Assembly: GCF_009914755.1 (NCBI RefSeq)
Contig: NC_060934.1
Source: the human T2T-CHM13v2.0 reference genome, Homo sapiens
Strand: one strand, 5' to 3'
DNA length: 64,000 bases
Below are positions 39,546 through 60,309 of this stretch, piece by piece. Under the pieces are notes generated by a model that saw only the letters and a program-made list of their open reading frames with translations, had not been told where the DNA came from and did not search any database. Both the position numbers and the translations under genes were made by a program. How positions within the stretch are numbered: the stretch's first letter is position 1; each line of letters opens with the position of its first letter.

Positions 39546-40029
39546 TTTTTCAAATCTTAAATTTTACTTAAATCTTAGCATAGAATTATACTTTGGGATG
39601 TCGCTCCTCTACAAGGAGCACTCGAAATTTTGCCGTGGGCCGCCTGCGGAGCTGGAGAGCTGAGGAGGCGGGTCCTGGGGCAGCGGCAGCGTTACCGCTT
39701 GCAAAGGCGCCCCTTTTTTCTGTGCTGATTTTCGCCTGTGAGACTTCCTCCCACGGGCGCCGCTGGCTAGTCAGACTTTCCCGCGTGCCTCCTGCCCCGC
39801 CCTAACAGGCTAACTTTTCCGCGCCGGGCCTGGCTCTTTGCTGCAGCTGCCGCCCTCGGTGCAGAGTTCCCGGGAGCACTTGCTGGCTTCGGTTTCGCGA
39901 ACTTCCTGGCCGCGGAGCTTTCCCTTCTACTTAATGCTTGCTAGCTCGGCCGCACCGCTCCCCGCCCCCCGCCCCCGCCCCCGCCCCCGGGATCGGGCCT
40001 CTAATGCCTTTTCTTAACACCTTATGTAG

Positions 40030-40872
<843 letters not shown>

Positions 40873-41011
40873 GATGAAATCTCAGCATGAACAATCTCCC
40901 CCGAACTTGGAAATCCCAAGTGGGCACCAATGACTTACTGATTACTCACTGACCACGTGTTTCCTTTTTCACCTTCCTTTCTCGGGTCCGTTCTGCTTCC
41001 TTCCCAGTGTT

Positions 41012-41029
41012 CATCACGTGGGGGCACCG
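41012..41029 (-). promoter_or_regulatory. Degenerate primer-binding site, tRNA-Met-like as reported for HML-5
   Basis: CGGTGCCCCCACGTGATG 2 nt after the 5' LTR, compared with TGGTGCCCCGTGTGAGGA. Confidence 0.6.
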
Positions 41030-41031
41030 GC

Positions 41032-41523
41032 TGTGGGGGTCTGTCCCGCAGACCCTGACCCAAGGATGGATGAATAAAGTACACTGATACACAGATACTC
41101 TGCTTTGCCAGTCCAGCTGAGCGTCTGGGCAGCTTACAGACTACATGCAAAGTGCCGCAAACAGTTGCCACTGCGGCCAGAACAGCTAGTGAGACTCGCA
41201 TTTATTCAGTAAAGATTAATTGACAAAGGCTTGAGTCAACACCACTAGAGGGTAATTGACATTGCGGACCTCCCAAGTAGAAAGCAATTAAGCACCCTCA
41301 GTATAACAAAGGTTAGTCTTAAGACCACATGATTAAACAAGTTTGTTAGATAAACTCCCTACACTCCTTTGTTTCTACCCTAATTTATTTAACTAAAGGT
41401 AAGGGGACTAGGCTGCCTTCAGTCAGATTTATTACTGAAGTTATGCGAACTCTGAGGCCTTCCAAGAAGGTTTGTAGCTATTATAACTAAAATTTTTCCC
41501 ACCAGCCTGACTGAACCACCACA
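41032..41523 (-). mobile_element. 5' LTR22B of HERV-K(HML-5)
   Basis: TGTGGTGGTTCAGTCAGGCTGGTGGGAAAAATTTTAG...GACCCCCACA, 492 bp, followed by PBS and gag. Confidence 0.9.
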
Positions 41524-41884
41524 ACTGTCCACTACCATGACCAAGAGACACAGGCAGCTGATGGACATTTGAAACGTGGCTGGCCCAAATGGAAATGTGC
41601 TGGAGGGTAAAATACACACTGCATTTTGAATGCTTTGTAAGAAAAAAAAGGATGTGAAATTTCTGGTTAATAACTGTTATATGGCTGAGCGCAGTGGCTC
41701 ACACCTGTAATCTCAGCACTTTGGGAGGCTGAGGTGGGAGGATCACTTGAGACCAGGGGTTTGAGACCAGTCTGGGCAACAAAGGGAGAGTCCATTTCTA
41801 CAACAGCAACAAAAATATTAGCCAGGTATGGTGGCACATGCCTGTGATCCCAGCTACTCTGGAGGCTGAGGCAGAGGTTTGGGA

Positions 41885-42135
41885 GGGGTGGCCAGCTTGT
41901 ATTCCCTTATTTGTCCCCGCCCACATCCTGCTGATGGTCCATTTTACAGAGTGCTGATTGGTCCATTTTACAGAGTGCTGATTAGTGCATTTACAATCTT
42001 TTAGCTAGACACAGAGCGCTGATTGGTGCGTTTTTACAGAGTGCTCATTGGTGCGTTTGCAATCCTCCTAGCTAGACAGAAAAGTTATCCAAGTACCTGC
42101 TGGACCCAGAAAGTCCAGCTGGCTTCACCTGTCAC
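41885..42135 (-). mobile_element. LTR12-family (ERV9) 5' fragment with CCAAT repeats
   Basis: Minus-strand start TGACAGGTGAAGCCAGCTGG; repeated GCTGATTGGT units. Confidence 0.8.
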
Positions 42136-42489
42136 TAGGAAAGCTGAGTGTGCATATGGGCTCCACACGCTGCTGGACTCTGTGGCCCCTAGGCACTCTG
42201 GGGCCACACTAGGAGCCCCCAGACAGGGCCCTCTGCTCCTGGTTGAGGGCAGGGTGTCACCCCATTCCTCACCAGGAGGGCTGCATCTCTAGTGTAGCCT
42301 GCCAGCCTGCAGTGCCATCACCCTAGCTTATGGTGATGACGAGGCTGAGCCTCCTGAAAGGTCTGTCAAGGGGCAGCAGAACCCCCCGCAGACCCAGCTG
42401 CTGGGCCACGGAGCCTCCCCACTGGCCCTGCCAGCCATGCTGGGACTTCTCACCTGCGCCTGACCTGCTCCTGGGAGGGGGCTTCTTCA

Positions 42490-43119
<630 letters not shown>

Positions 43120-44773
43120 TTCATCCATTTTAGGTGTAAATCAATAATTTTTAGCTAATGCATGCAGTTGAGCAACGCTCACCACAATCCAGTTTTCAGG
43201 CACTTCCATCAGCCCCTGACCCCATCGCGACACCACTTTCCGTCTCTGTGGATGTCCTTCTCTCAGCACTTGAGGCAAATGGAATCAGATCATATGTGGC
43301 CTTTTGCGTTTGGCTTCTCTCACTTAGCATGACCTTTTAAAGGGGTGTCCATGCTGTGGCATATTTTTTTAATTGCAACTGATTTCTTCCTCTCAGAGAA
43401 GGCAGCTGCACCCATTCCTGAACTTGCAAAAGAGGTGTTTTAATTTGGGGGGCAGAATGCCCCTCTTCCTGCAGCCCATTCTGAACCTGCCCTCCCCTGC
43501 CCTGGTCAGCACACCTCCCCTTGTGCACCTGGAGATCGTCATACTCTTCAGATCTGATTCTGGAGAGGAAAGGAAATATCAGCTCTGTGTCACTATTTTC
43601 AATGGAAAGACCATGAGACATCTGCTCCCCAGCCCAGTCCCTTGTCCTGCACTGACATCTCCAGGTGTGGCCCTGGGCATCTGCGTGTTTAAAATGCCCA
43701 TGGTGGACAGAGTTGACAATGGAAACTCTGCTTTCTGCTTAACTCTTACATTCCCTCTTATTTTTTCAATTGAGAACTAATCTTTGATTTAGAAATTATG
43801 ACATTCCCAAGTTCTACTCCAATCTTTTTTTCGTATTTATGTGTCACATGTGGCTTATTTAATAATTCTTTGGCAATTGTACATCTCAGTCTCACAATTG
43901 GCCTGATGGATTAACATTTTGTTTACTCAAATAATTGTGCTTGGATGATAAATTAGCCTGTTAACACTTCTTTCTTAGCAATATGCTCACTGACAATAGG
44001 CTTCTTTCACATGGCTGTGTGCTCACTGCATGGATGGGATGGAATCCAAAGGTCCCATCCTCCCGACCCAAGCAGTGCACGTGGTTTCCCAGTAATCTCT
44101 GTGACGCAAAACCTGAGAGAGGGAACGGCCCACAACATGCAGTGTCCTGAGTGGACACTTTTCCAATTCTGTTTTGCCCTGTTTTGGTCAAGGAGTGTGT
44201 TTGCGCATGCATAGAAAGAGGGAGAATGTGTGATACACACACGTATGCTATTTAGGTACTGACACCAAGGGTATTAAACACATATTAACTATAGAAAAGC
44301 TGATGTTTGGAGCTCATCTTTCTGCCTCTCATGCTGCCTCTAGGAATCCCCTAGGGTACGGAGGTGGAAACAAACACTTTCCTGCTGTGGGAACAACCAC
44401 GGTGTTGAGTCTGTCCCACCTCCTTTCCTAAAGCCAGCCTGGGCATGCCCACAGGGGCAGGGGTCCCCGATGAAGGGGGAGCCTCATGGTATGCCAGAGC
44501 AAAACGCAGGAGACAGCTGTTTCATTTGGTAGGTGTTCTCCATACATGATTACAACACCTGCAAACTGCGGCTAACTATGGCACAGTGATGTGCACATCT
44601 GATCCCGTGCTTGATTTTAAACGGAATGCTCCTAAAGTCTTAAATGTGGCAGTTGCAGGTCTTGGTAGATAACCTTTAACAAGAAAAGGAAGTTCCCTTA
44701 TAAATGTAGTTTGCAAAGAGGTTTTGTCTCTTTGTTTTTCTTTCATGCATCCACCAGATAGATCATGCTTTGA

Positions 44774-45894
<1,121 letters not shown>

Positions 45895-46566
45895 TAAATG
45901 CACATTTCTAGCTCTGAGCTGTCTGTTGATGGCCTTTGCCAATTCCTTCTCATTTTCCTTTTTAGTGTCTGTTACGTAATACTTGTTGATTGTAGAAATT
46001 AGAAAAAACAAAGAAACTAAAAGGTAGAAAAAAGTGTCAGTCGCCTAAATTCCCAACATAGAGCCACATTACATGTTTCACTCTGTGGCGTTTCAGGTTT
46101 CTCTCAGATGTTCACCACATAGACCTGATGTGGAAATTGCCACACTGTAAATGGTGATGCTACATGTTCAGACATTGAGATGACCTCATAAATTTCCTTC
46201 AGGTATTAACTTTAGGAAATGCTCCTTACATAAACCCCAGTGCTCCAATGTTGACATGGAAAGAGACATTCAGAGTAGAGGAACAGCTTTCATTGAAATC
46301 TTGATTTTGTTCTCAAATTACCCTTAGGGATGACATGATCCCTTCCAAACCAGCACAGACACGACTACAGTCCATTCTCCTCTGCTGGATGTAGTTTCAG
46401 GATTTTCCCATCTTTATTTCTTTTTAATATTTGAGAAACATAAAGATTTGCTTATGAGCTCTTAGATTATTTAAAATTATTTGTTGTGTTAACAGACACC
46501 GGAAAGGATAAGAAAAAATAAATTTTAATTCCTCCAAACGGTTTTATATTAGGCGATTATTTTTTA

Positions 46567-48735
<2,169 letters not shown>

Positions 48736-51584
48736 CATCTGCAGCATCCCAGTCATCAGGTAGGTCTAAAGCAAAAGAAAGCGATAGGGTCCTGTAAGGC
48801 CTGTGAGAGTGAGGCTGCCTGCACCTGGGCTCCACCAGCTCCCTGCCACCTTCTAGGCTCTAGCTCAGTGACAGCCCAGTGCAAAGAGCAGCTCCTGCCA
48901 GAGCCCCGGCACTGTTAGGAACATCAAGACAGAAAGGCTTCCATTTCAGATGCCTGGCCTGTTGTGGTTTCTGCTCCAAAAAAAATCACCTAATGGTTGA
49001 GTCCAGTTGCCCAGGAACAAGAGATTGCAATGAAGCGAACCTGGGTGAGTTCCAAAGAAAACTGAACAAGGGACAGGCGCTCTGGCCAGCATGCTTCCCC
49101 GCGTCTGCCACTTTGAGGGTAAATCACACGCAGGACCAGCCCCAGACCAAGACCACGCTGTCTTGGCTATCCCAGGACCACAGCGGGCACAGACCTGGCC
49201 CTTCACTGACAGCACCCCCACCCCGACCCACAGCAGTGCCCCTCACGGAGCCTTGAAGCTATGGTAGGGGGCATTCAGTGATTCATGCAGGTCCATAAGT
49301 GAGCCCCAGAAGACCATGGGGCCCTGGCCTGCCTCCCACACCCTCGTCCCCAGCCCAGGCCTGAGGCTCCCCACAGATGCTGCCCCTTTGGGAATGGGAG
49401 CAAAATGGGACCCAGAAAGAGTCTGTCTCAGGCCTTCCAGAGCAGGATGGGTCTCCTCCAATAGGTGCCTCTTAACCCACCAGGGGTCATGGACCCTTGG
49501 AGAGCTGAACAAATTGGCTGTCTCAGAAAATGCACTTTGTCACCTACACACACAATTCTGAATACACCTATCCTGCACACCAGCATGAACGCGATTTCAC
49601 AAACCAGGCTCCATGGGCCTCAAGTACGGACTGGTCCTCGAGGTAGACTTGCTTCTGAGGACTGTTAATGGGCCCCTCAGACCCTAGAGGAGGCAGCGCA
49701 GATCAGACCTGGTGCCTCCCACGATCAGACTGGCGGCCGGCGGCCTGGCAACTGGTGGGGAGGAGGTTTTTACTCAGCCACGAGCTGCTGGCCAGGTCCA
49801 ATGGGGAGACAGTCAGGGGCTTGGACATGGAATCAGTTCACTGTCAGACAGCCCAGGTCCCGGTGATGAGGATATCTACTCATCATGATGACAACACTCA
49901 GGGCAGCTGGGCCACGTGCTGGACAGCCCAGCTTTCAGCAGGGGTTAGGCCGATGGTGCACAGGACAGGCTCAGCCTGGGGAAAGGATGTCCCTGCCATT
50001 TTGCTAGCCTGGAAGTGCTCTGGAAGGAGGACAGAAAACCTGCCTTAGCCAGGGCATCCCAGGGCATTGAGACAACAGGAGGACAGGCGTGCGCACCTCC
50101 GGGAGCAGGCGGGAGGGGGGCTGAGGAGGGGCTGGGGGCTCTGGGCCAGGGAGGCAGGGGATGGCCTGGGGCTGGAGGTGTCTCAGGACAGAAGAAGCTG
50201 GGCTTCACTGGCAGCTGCACTGGCCCTGAGTACTCCTCACCTCCTGCCCTGCCGATCGTCAGCCAAGCGTTCTGGAAAGAACAGCGTGAAAGCAGAGCCA
50301 GCCAGAGAAAGCCAAGGAGAGTTCATGGAAACAGCAAGAACGGCATGGTGTCGGAAGGCAGGACCACCTCTGTGACCTCGGGGGCAGTGCTGCCCTCTGC
50401 GAGGCAGATAGGGATGAGCCTGCGTCTGCTGCCCACCCAGCAGCGCCTGAGCTAAACCCCCTGCGCCACCATGAACAAACATCTGGCATCAACTCGCTCG
50501 CTGCCCCCACCCCCCCTCAATCTGCTTTGGTAGAGAAGAGCCTGGGTTCAGGCTGAGCACTGGCTATGCTGACCCTCCCCGTCACCTGGGGAGACCGGCG
50601 GAGGTGGCAGCATGAGGAAGTGGACCCCAGAGAGCACAAGTGACAGAAGTCCCGGGAGCCAGAGGGTGGGGCTGGACTTTGACTCACAGCGCCTGATTTC
50701 AGACGCTGGGTTGGCCACACGCTAGCTGTGCAATCTTGGACAAGTGACTCCACGTCCCTGGGCTTCCTCTCACTTTTTCAAAACTGGTGGTTGTAGGCAT
50801 TGAATGAGTTAAAGTACCAAGTGCTCAGAACTAGGACAAGCACAAGGAGTTATCCAGGGCTGGTTCTCCTGACAGAGAATGTCCTCGCTGCAGAGGTTGT
50901 GAGAGAACTTCATTAACCTTTGGGGATCCCGCGTCCTCACAGCTCCATCCTGAGGCCGCCTGGGATGCTGGTGCTGCGCCTTTGTCAGGCCCCAGCAGGA
51001 GGGCCATAATGAACTACAAGTCCTCAGACCCGGATCCCTTTGGTAGAACTGCTAGGATGAATGCTGCCCACACTGGAGTGTGCAGCAGATTGCCCTGGAG
51101 AGTGTTAAAATAACATAAAACAAAACTATTCTTGAAAAAATTACATTTACACTAAAGTGGTCCATCCCCTGGAGGCCAGGGGAGGCCCCTCTTCAGGCCC
51201 AGATTCTATTCTAGGACCATAATATTTCCATGAAAAGGAGAAAAAGTGCTGCCTCAGAGACCCACCCCCCACCAGGGGAAGCCTGGGCCTGGGACCCCTT
51301 CAGTAGGGGTCTGAAGCCCAGGTCTTCCTGGAGATGCTTTTACACTGTTTGGTCTTTGAAATATTTCCATTTTGAGATGTTCTTCTCTGAAAACTCCTCC
51401 TCATTCAGAGCCTGCCTACAGCCGGCCCTGGAGCATGGAGGTCACAGTCTGACTTGGTACAGGGACACCACCTGGGTTTCGGATGAGTGGACAGTTTTCT
51501 GTCATTTTTCCCTGCACTTCTTGTCTCCTCTTCTTGTTTAGATGATTTTTTGCTTATTCCTTTCTATTTCTGCAGTTCTTGTTT

Positions 51585-51898
51585 TCTCTTTTCTTTTTTT
51601 TTTTTTTTCCAAGATAGGGTTTTGCTTTGTCACCCAGGCTGGAGTGCAGTGAAGCAATCAGCTCACTGCAGCCTCCACCTCCCTGGCTCAAGCGATCCTC
51701 CCACCTCAGCCTCCTGCGTAGCTGGGACCACAGGTGCACACCACCACACCTGTCTAATTTGTTTGTTTGAGTTTTTTTTGGTAGAGATGGGGTCTCACCA
51801 TGTTGCCCAGGTGGGTCTGGAACTGCTGGGCTCAAGCGATTCTCCAGCCTCAGCCTCCCAAAGTGCTGGGATTACAGGCGTGAGCCACCGTGCCTGGC
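51585..51898 (-). mobile_element. AluJ
   Basis: Antisense dimer with the J-type CTCAAGCGATCCTCCCACC motif. Confidence 0.88.
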
Positions 51899-54610
51899 CT
51901 GGCTAATCCTTTTCTTTTCTTTCTTCCTTTCTGTGGATCGAAGGCCTTCTCTGCCACTCACCACAGCACTGTGCTTCCTGCCTTCCCTGCCCTGGGAGCC
52001 TCTGCAGGCCAGAGCCCCAGCAAGTGCAGCCTTGTGGCTGTACACCTGAACTGCCTTCCTTCCCTGTGGCTGGAACTTCCTCCCAGATTGTCGCTGTGCA
52101 CCTGGCCTGGCTTCCAGAGGCCTTGGGTGATTCCCTGGGTGAGGCCCATTCCTAGCCTTGCAGGTTTTCAGAAGGTAACTTTGCTGCTTTGGCCAGAAGG
52201 CCGCAATGTGGCAGTATTCAGCAACGTGGCATTTCTGTGCAGAGTTTTAAACTTTGGTTCAGTTCGTTGCTGATTCATTTGATGTCTTAAGGAGCATGGA
52301 GCTCCAAGAATAAAATGGTAATAAGTGAGGACTTCCAGTTCTGATTCTGCACGTAAGGAGCTTGGAAGATATCTTTCAGTAGATATCTGGCACTAGGTTC
52401 CCTGCAGCCTACTCCCAAGGAAATCATTTCCGAGCTGGGCTTTTCCAACCTCGAGCTTGGCCAGGCCGCATCCCCTCTCCCCAGCAGCCCTGCCGCCTCC
52501 CTGCACTCTCATGCATGCCTCTGGTTTGCAGTGATGGCTGCTCCCTCCGCCAATGTCACCTGCTGTTCATGCAGCACGTGGCCGCACCTTCTGGTCAGTG
52601 CTCTGACTCACCTGCCTGTCAGTTATTCTTCTGTGGGCCAGGTCTTCAGGATGATCCTTTGCTGGTTCCTTGTCCCTAAGTTATCTCCAAAGGTGAGTTT
52701 TTCCCAAACCAGGTTTTTGCAGGACGTTTGTGCTGGGGGGATCAAGGGCTGTGTTCTAGGCTTGTGCAGGCTTTGTTACAATCCAGTTTGGTGTGTCATC
52801 ATTTTCCTCATTTTAAAGGAATAAATGAGGCTGGGTGTAGTGGCTCAAGCCTGTAATCCCAGCACTTTTGGAGGCTGAGGTGGGAGGATCGCTTGGGCTC
52901 AAGAAGTCAAGGCTGCAGAGAGTTGGGATGGTACCACTGCACTCCAGCCTGGATGATAGAGTGAGACCCTGTCTCAAAGAGAAAAAAAAACGAATAAACA
53001 AGATATCATGTGTGAGAGAGGTTATAAAGGTAAGGTATAAATAATAAATAGAAAGACTCCGCATAGAAAGCAGGACATGCCATGTCCTCAGGTGGCCTCT
53101 GTGTGCTTGAGCCTGAGTCAGCCTCTCAAGGGTGCGACCGCTGGCCTTGGAGGTGAGCGCATCCCCTGACCCACCCCAGGCTCCACTCTTGTCCTTGGTG
53201 TGAATTGTTTCCTTGCTGCTTGTTGTGGTTTTATTTTGTGTTGTGCCCTGAAAGAACACACCAGGGGGTTTCATGTGCCCTCCCCTTCCTCTGTGCCTGG
53301 TCTTGTCCCTGCCTCACCCTCGGCCAAGGGGCCAGCCTCTGCAGACCTGCCTTTGTGATGTCATCTTCCCTATGATCAGACACTAAACTCAGGAAGGCAC
53401 CAAGACTGGCGGCATGGCTTTACACCCAAACCATCTTGGTGCTTCATGACAGCCAGATCCCTCACCTCACTGCCCGAGATGGCAGCCACATGAGACAGGC
53501 CCTGGAAATAACAGGTACCGTGATGTCCTTGACCTTTAATTAGCTCCACATTTTCTATTTGCTACTCACCGAAGAGCTGACCTGCTGACCTGTTTATGCA
53601 GCCCACAGGGCGGAAAAAGTTCTAAAATCTAAAAGTGAAGCTCAGAGGCTAATTTTGTATATGCAAAATGTACAAGATATGAATAAAGTGTTATATTAAT
53701 AAAATGCCCTAGAACTCGTACTCTTTCCAGAGGGAATGGGAAGGCCTGGGGCCGCATCCATGTCCTGGCTGTGCTGTGCTGCGTGCCCCTGGGGAAATCC
53801 CTACCAAATCACTCTGGGTCGAACCTCATGAGGGGTTACTTCTCCTCTCGACTCTTCTGTTGCCAGCTAGTGTCATTATTTAATCAGGCTGTCAGGTCAT
53901 CTCGGGATAGATGGTTTCTGCTTTTCTGCCATGCTTGCCTGGAGACTCAGTTTAAGCTAAAAGCTAGAAACTGTATCTCCAACAGAGGACTGTCTCAAAG
54001 CCAGGGTGGAAAGAGCCGGATTGGACACTCAGCAAATGACACCATGAGGACATGGCTGGTGGTGCAGGCATCTTCGCACCAGACAACGTTACATGTGAGA
54101 CTGCGCCCAGGAGCCGAGTGAGGTTTCTAGGACTCTCAGGAGGGAGCAGAAGGAAGCAACTCCCCATGACTCCATGGCTGGCTGGGGCACAAGCTCACAT
54201 TCGGGAAGCCACAGAGGGGAGCGTCTTGTCACTTTGTGCCTTAGCACTGCGGTGCCCTCAGTGTGGGGTGAGCAAAATCACACCTTTTCTAGGAATAGGC
54301 CCTTACACTGACTGACAGACTCCACAGATAAACAGTGATGTGGCTTCCCCCGCTCATGGGAAGTGCGTGGTGAAGAAGAGAATGCACTGAGTGAGTAATG
54401 TCCGAGCGTGCCTGCTGCCCCAGCCTCCTACCCCACAGGGGAGATGCCTGGGGTCCGGCTCGGGACGCACGGCAGTCCAGCTTCCCTAGGGACACCCCTG
54501 CCTGCTCGTCCTCTGCTTCAGGCCTGATCATCATCGCCAAGGAGAAACCTCATGTTTTTAAGAAGTCCCTGTGGTGGTCAGCCAAGACAAGGCTGCTTCT
54601 TTGCCCACAG

Positions 54611-55910
<1,300 letters not shown>

Positions 55911-55998
55911 GCCTGTTTGGTGGTCTCTTCACACGGACACATGAGACATCAGTAATTCTATTTCGAACATGCTCAATTTGAAATGGGCATTAGATATC

Positions 55999-56414
55999 TG
56001 ATATGGTTTGGATCTGTGTCGCCACCCAAATCTCCTGTTCAATTGTAATCCCCAGTGTTGGAGGTGGGGCCTGGCGGGAGGTAATTTGATCATGGGGGCG
56101 GAGTTCTCATGAATGGGTCAGCACCATCCCCTCGGCACTGTTCTCCTCTTAGTGAGTGAGTTCGGGAGGGATCCGACTGTTTGAAAGTGTGGGGCATCTC
56201 CCCATTCCCTGTCTTGCTCCTGGTCCTGCCATGTGAGACACCTGCTCCCGCTCTGCCTTCTGCCATGAGTGAAAGCTCCCTGAGGCCTCCCCAGAAGCAG
56301 ATGCTGCCATGCTTCCTGTACAGCCTGCAGAACTGTGAGCCAATTAAACCTCTTTTGTTTATAAATTACCCAGTCTCAGGCCTTTCTTCAGCAGTGTGAG
56401 AACGGACTAATACA
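55999..56414 (+). mobile_element. MSTA-type MaLR LTR
   Basis: TGATATGGTTTGGATCTGTGTC...CCAATTAAACCTC...GGACTAATACA. Confidence 0.88.
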
Positions 56415-56818
56415 GCATCCAAGCATGATGTGTGTGAGGCAGTTGGCTGCTTGAGCCTGTGTCTATAAAAACAAGCTGGAGACAGTGGCTTGGGGAGTCA
56501 GCATGCAGATGAAATTTAAAAATCATGGCTCGATACCTTCATTTAAGGAGGGTGAAGAGATCAAAAGAAGGGTCCAAGGCTGGATGGAGGCTGCACCACT
56601 GCCACCACAAAGGTGAGAAAGTGAGACCCAGGGAGGCCCCCTGAGAAAGGCTGAAGACCAGGGAATGCTGTCTCAAGCCAAGTGAGGAAAGGCCTTCAAA
56701 GAGATGGTGAGGTCCACCGGAAGGCTGGGCAGGGTATGGGAGGGAGATGGCTGACCTGGAGATTCGGAGAGGGTGCAGTGACTGGTAATACTGAGGTCTA
56801 GAGTCTCATGGGTGTTCA

Positions 56819-57336
<518 letters not shown>

Positions 57337-57699
57337 TTACCAAGGCCACTTGCCCATACCACAGACAGAGAGTCCTTGGTTTCTGGTCCTGCCAGTCAGA
57401 ATTGGGCGGAACTGCCAAGTTGGCCCAACCCTACTCCAATCCCTGACAAAGGGAGCGGCCTTCAGGAGGCTCGGCTCTCTGTGCACTTTGCTCAAGATAC
57501 CTGAAGAATGATTACTTTGAGGAAGAAAGGAAGACTTTTAGGAAAGAAGCGACTTTGTTTTCGCGGTCAAGGAGCGAAGGCCCCAAGAGACCAAGGTAGA
57601 CGCTGAAGGAATCCGGGAAGATGACAGAAGCGGTGAAGAGACGCGAGGTGGGGCCAAAATCTTCACTAACCAACAAGGAGGGCTGCGGGGGCTTTGGAG

Positions 57700-58100
57700 G
57701 GCCTCTTTTCTCGCAACCGTGGCCCCTCCGCCCCTCACCTGCCCCTTGAGTGTCTGTGCAGGGGTCTCACACGCGAGCTTGGCTACTCAGACCAAGCCGG
57801 TTTACCGTCACCATGGCAACAGCGCGTCCTGGGCTGGGGCGGGGCCAGACTGCCAGTGCCTTTGTGGCGCATTAGGAGCTAAGCCAGTGATTGGCCATCT
57901 GGGCGCGGGGCGGGCTGAGTCAGTTGGAGGGGGCGGGGCTGAGGCTCCGGTGAACGCCGTAGGCCCGGGCTGGGCCGAGGGAGATGATGGATGCCGCTTC
58001 TTGCCACTCCCCGGGGGCACCACAGAGAGCGGGGAGCCTGCAGAGAGCAGGGACAGCGGCTTCAAACGCACTGTTTCCGGGCAATGTCACTAATACCAAA
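57700..58100. promoter_or_regulatory. CpG-enriched promoter with RFX X-box, CCAAT box, GC boxes and AP-1 site
   Basis: GTCACCATGGCAAC 57807-57820; GGGGCGGGGC 57836-57845 and ~57930; ATTGG 57890-57894; TGAGTCA 57916-57922; minus-strand donor CAG|GTGAGG at 57739. Confidence 0.75.
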
Positions 58101-58603
58101 GTCATGCCTCCCACTGGACACTCCTGGGCTCCCATCCTTCCTACCAAGAAACTTTCTCTGTGAAACCCACGAAACAGCTAGAAATGGAGCCCAAAAGATA
58201 GCCAGGATAACAGACCACAGAGAGGATCAAGGCCCAGCAGGACCTGGCGACTCTAACGCTCTGGCACTAGGGTGTCTAGAATGGGAAGCCCCCAAGGGGC
58301 TGGAGTGGGATGGGGGTGTGATGCAGGCCGCCCACCAGGTTCCCTCCGGGCAAAGCGGCAGGGCCCCGCGCTTCCTGAGCCTTCACGGAGGTCTAGTGGT
58401 CCCTCTGCCTGAAAACCTGTCTGTTTGTCAGGAGGAGTTCGGAGCATATAATTTTGGGGAGCCATTTTCTTCTAGGGAGTTCACTTTCCTGTGCGGGGCG
58501 GCGGAGGAAGACAACACATAACTGAACGACAGATGAAGATAAATTATAAAAGAACATTGTTTAAGTGTTTAATCAGACAATGAAGAGAAACCCAAAACAA
58601 TGA

Positions 58604-59716
<1,113 letters not shown>

Positions 59717-60309
59717 TAAAAGACCCTCCTGAGGAAGCTAAACAAAGTGCAGACAGGTACAAAGCTGAACTCCATCGGCTCAAAGAAAACAGTGCCCGGC
59801 AGAAGATGCCAGAGCAGTTACATTCAGGAAGCTCCATGCCAGTGGGAGCAGCCCCCTGAGTGAGAACTCCCTGGACTATCTGTTCTAGAAGCCCTGCCTT
59901 ACAGAGTGGATGATGTGAAATTGTGAGCAGTTTCAGCTGTAGGCAGCAAAAACTTGGCCCAACAACAGAAAGAGAAGATAAAACATCAGAGGAGAGAGAG
60001 GACAGATGTCACCCAGACAAATTCTTTCTTAACAAGGGTTGAAAAAGGAGGCGGCTAGTTCCCATGCAGTGTGAGCCATGGGTGGTGGGCAAGATCACAA
60101 CACACTGCACAAGGCAGAGGCAAGATGTGAGAATGAATGCAAGTCCTTGCCGGGAGTCCCCATGACCCCATCAGCCACAGGCCGGGGCACTGCAACAGAG
60201 GCAGACTGCACATGGACGTGTGGTGTCTGCATGGGCTGCATGGACCCTCACATGCCCACTCCACAGCTCCATCACAGGCCTCTGCAAAGACCTCCTCTTG
60301 CCCCGCCTT

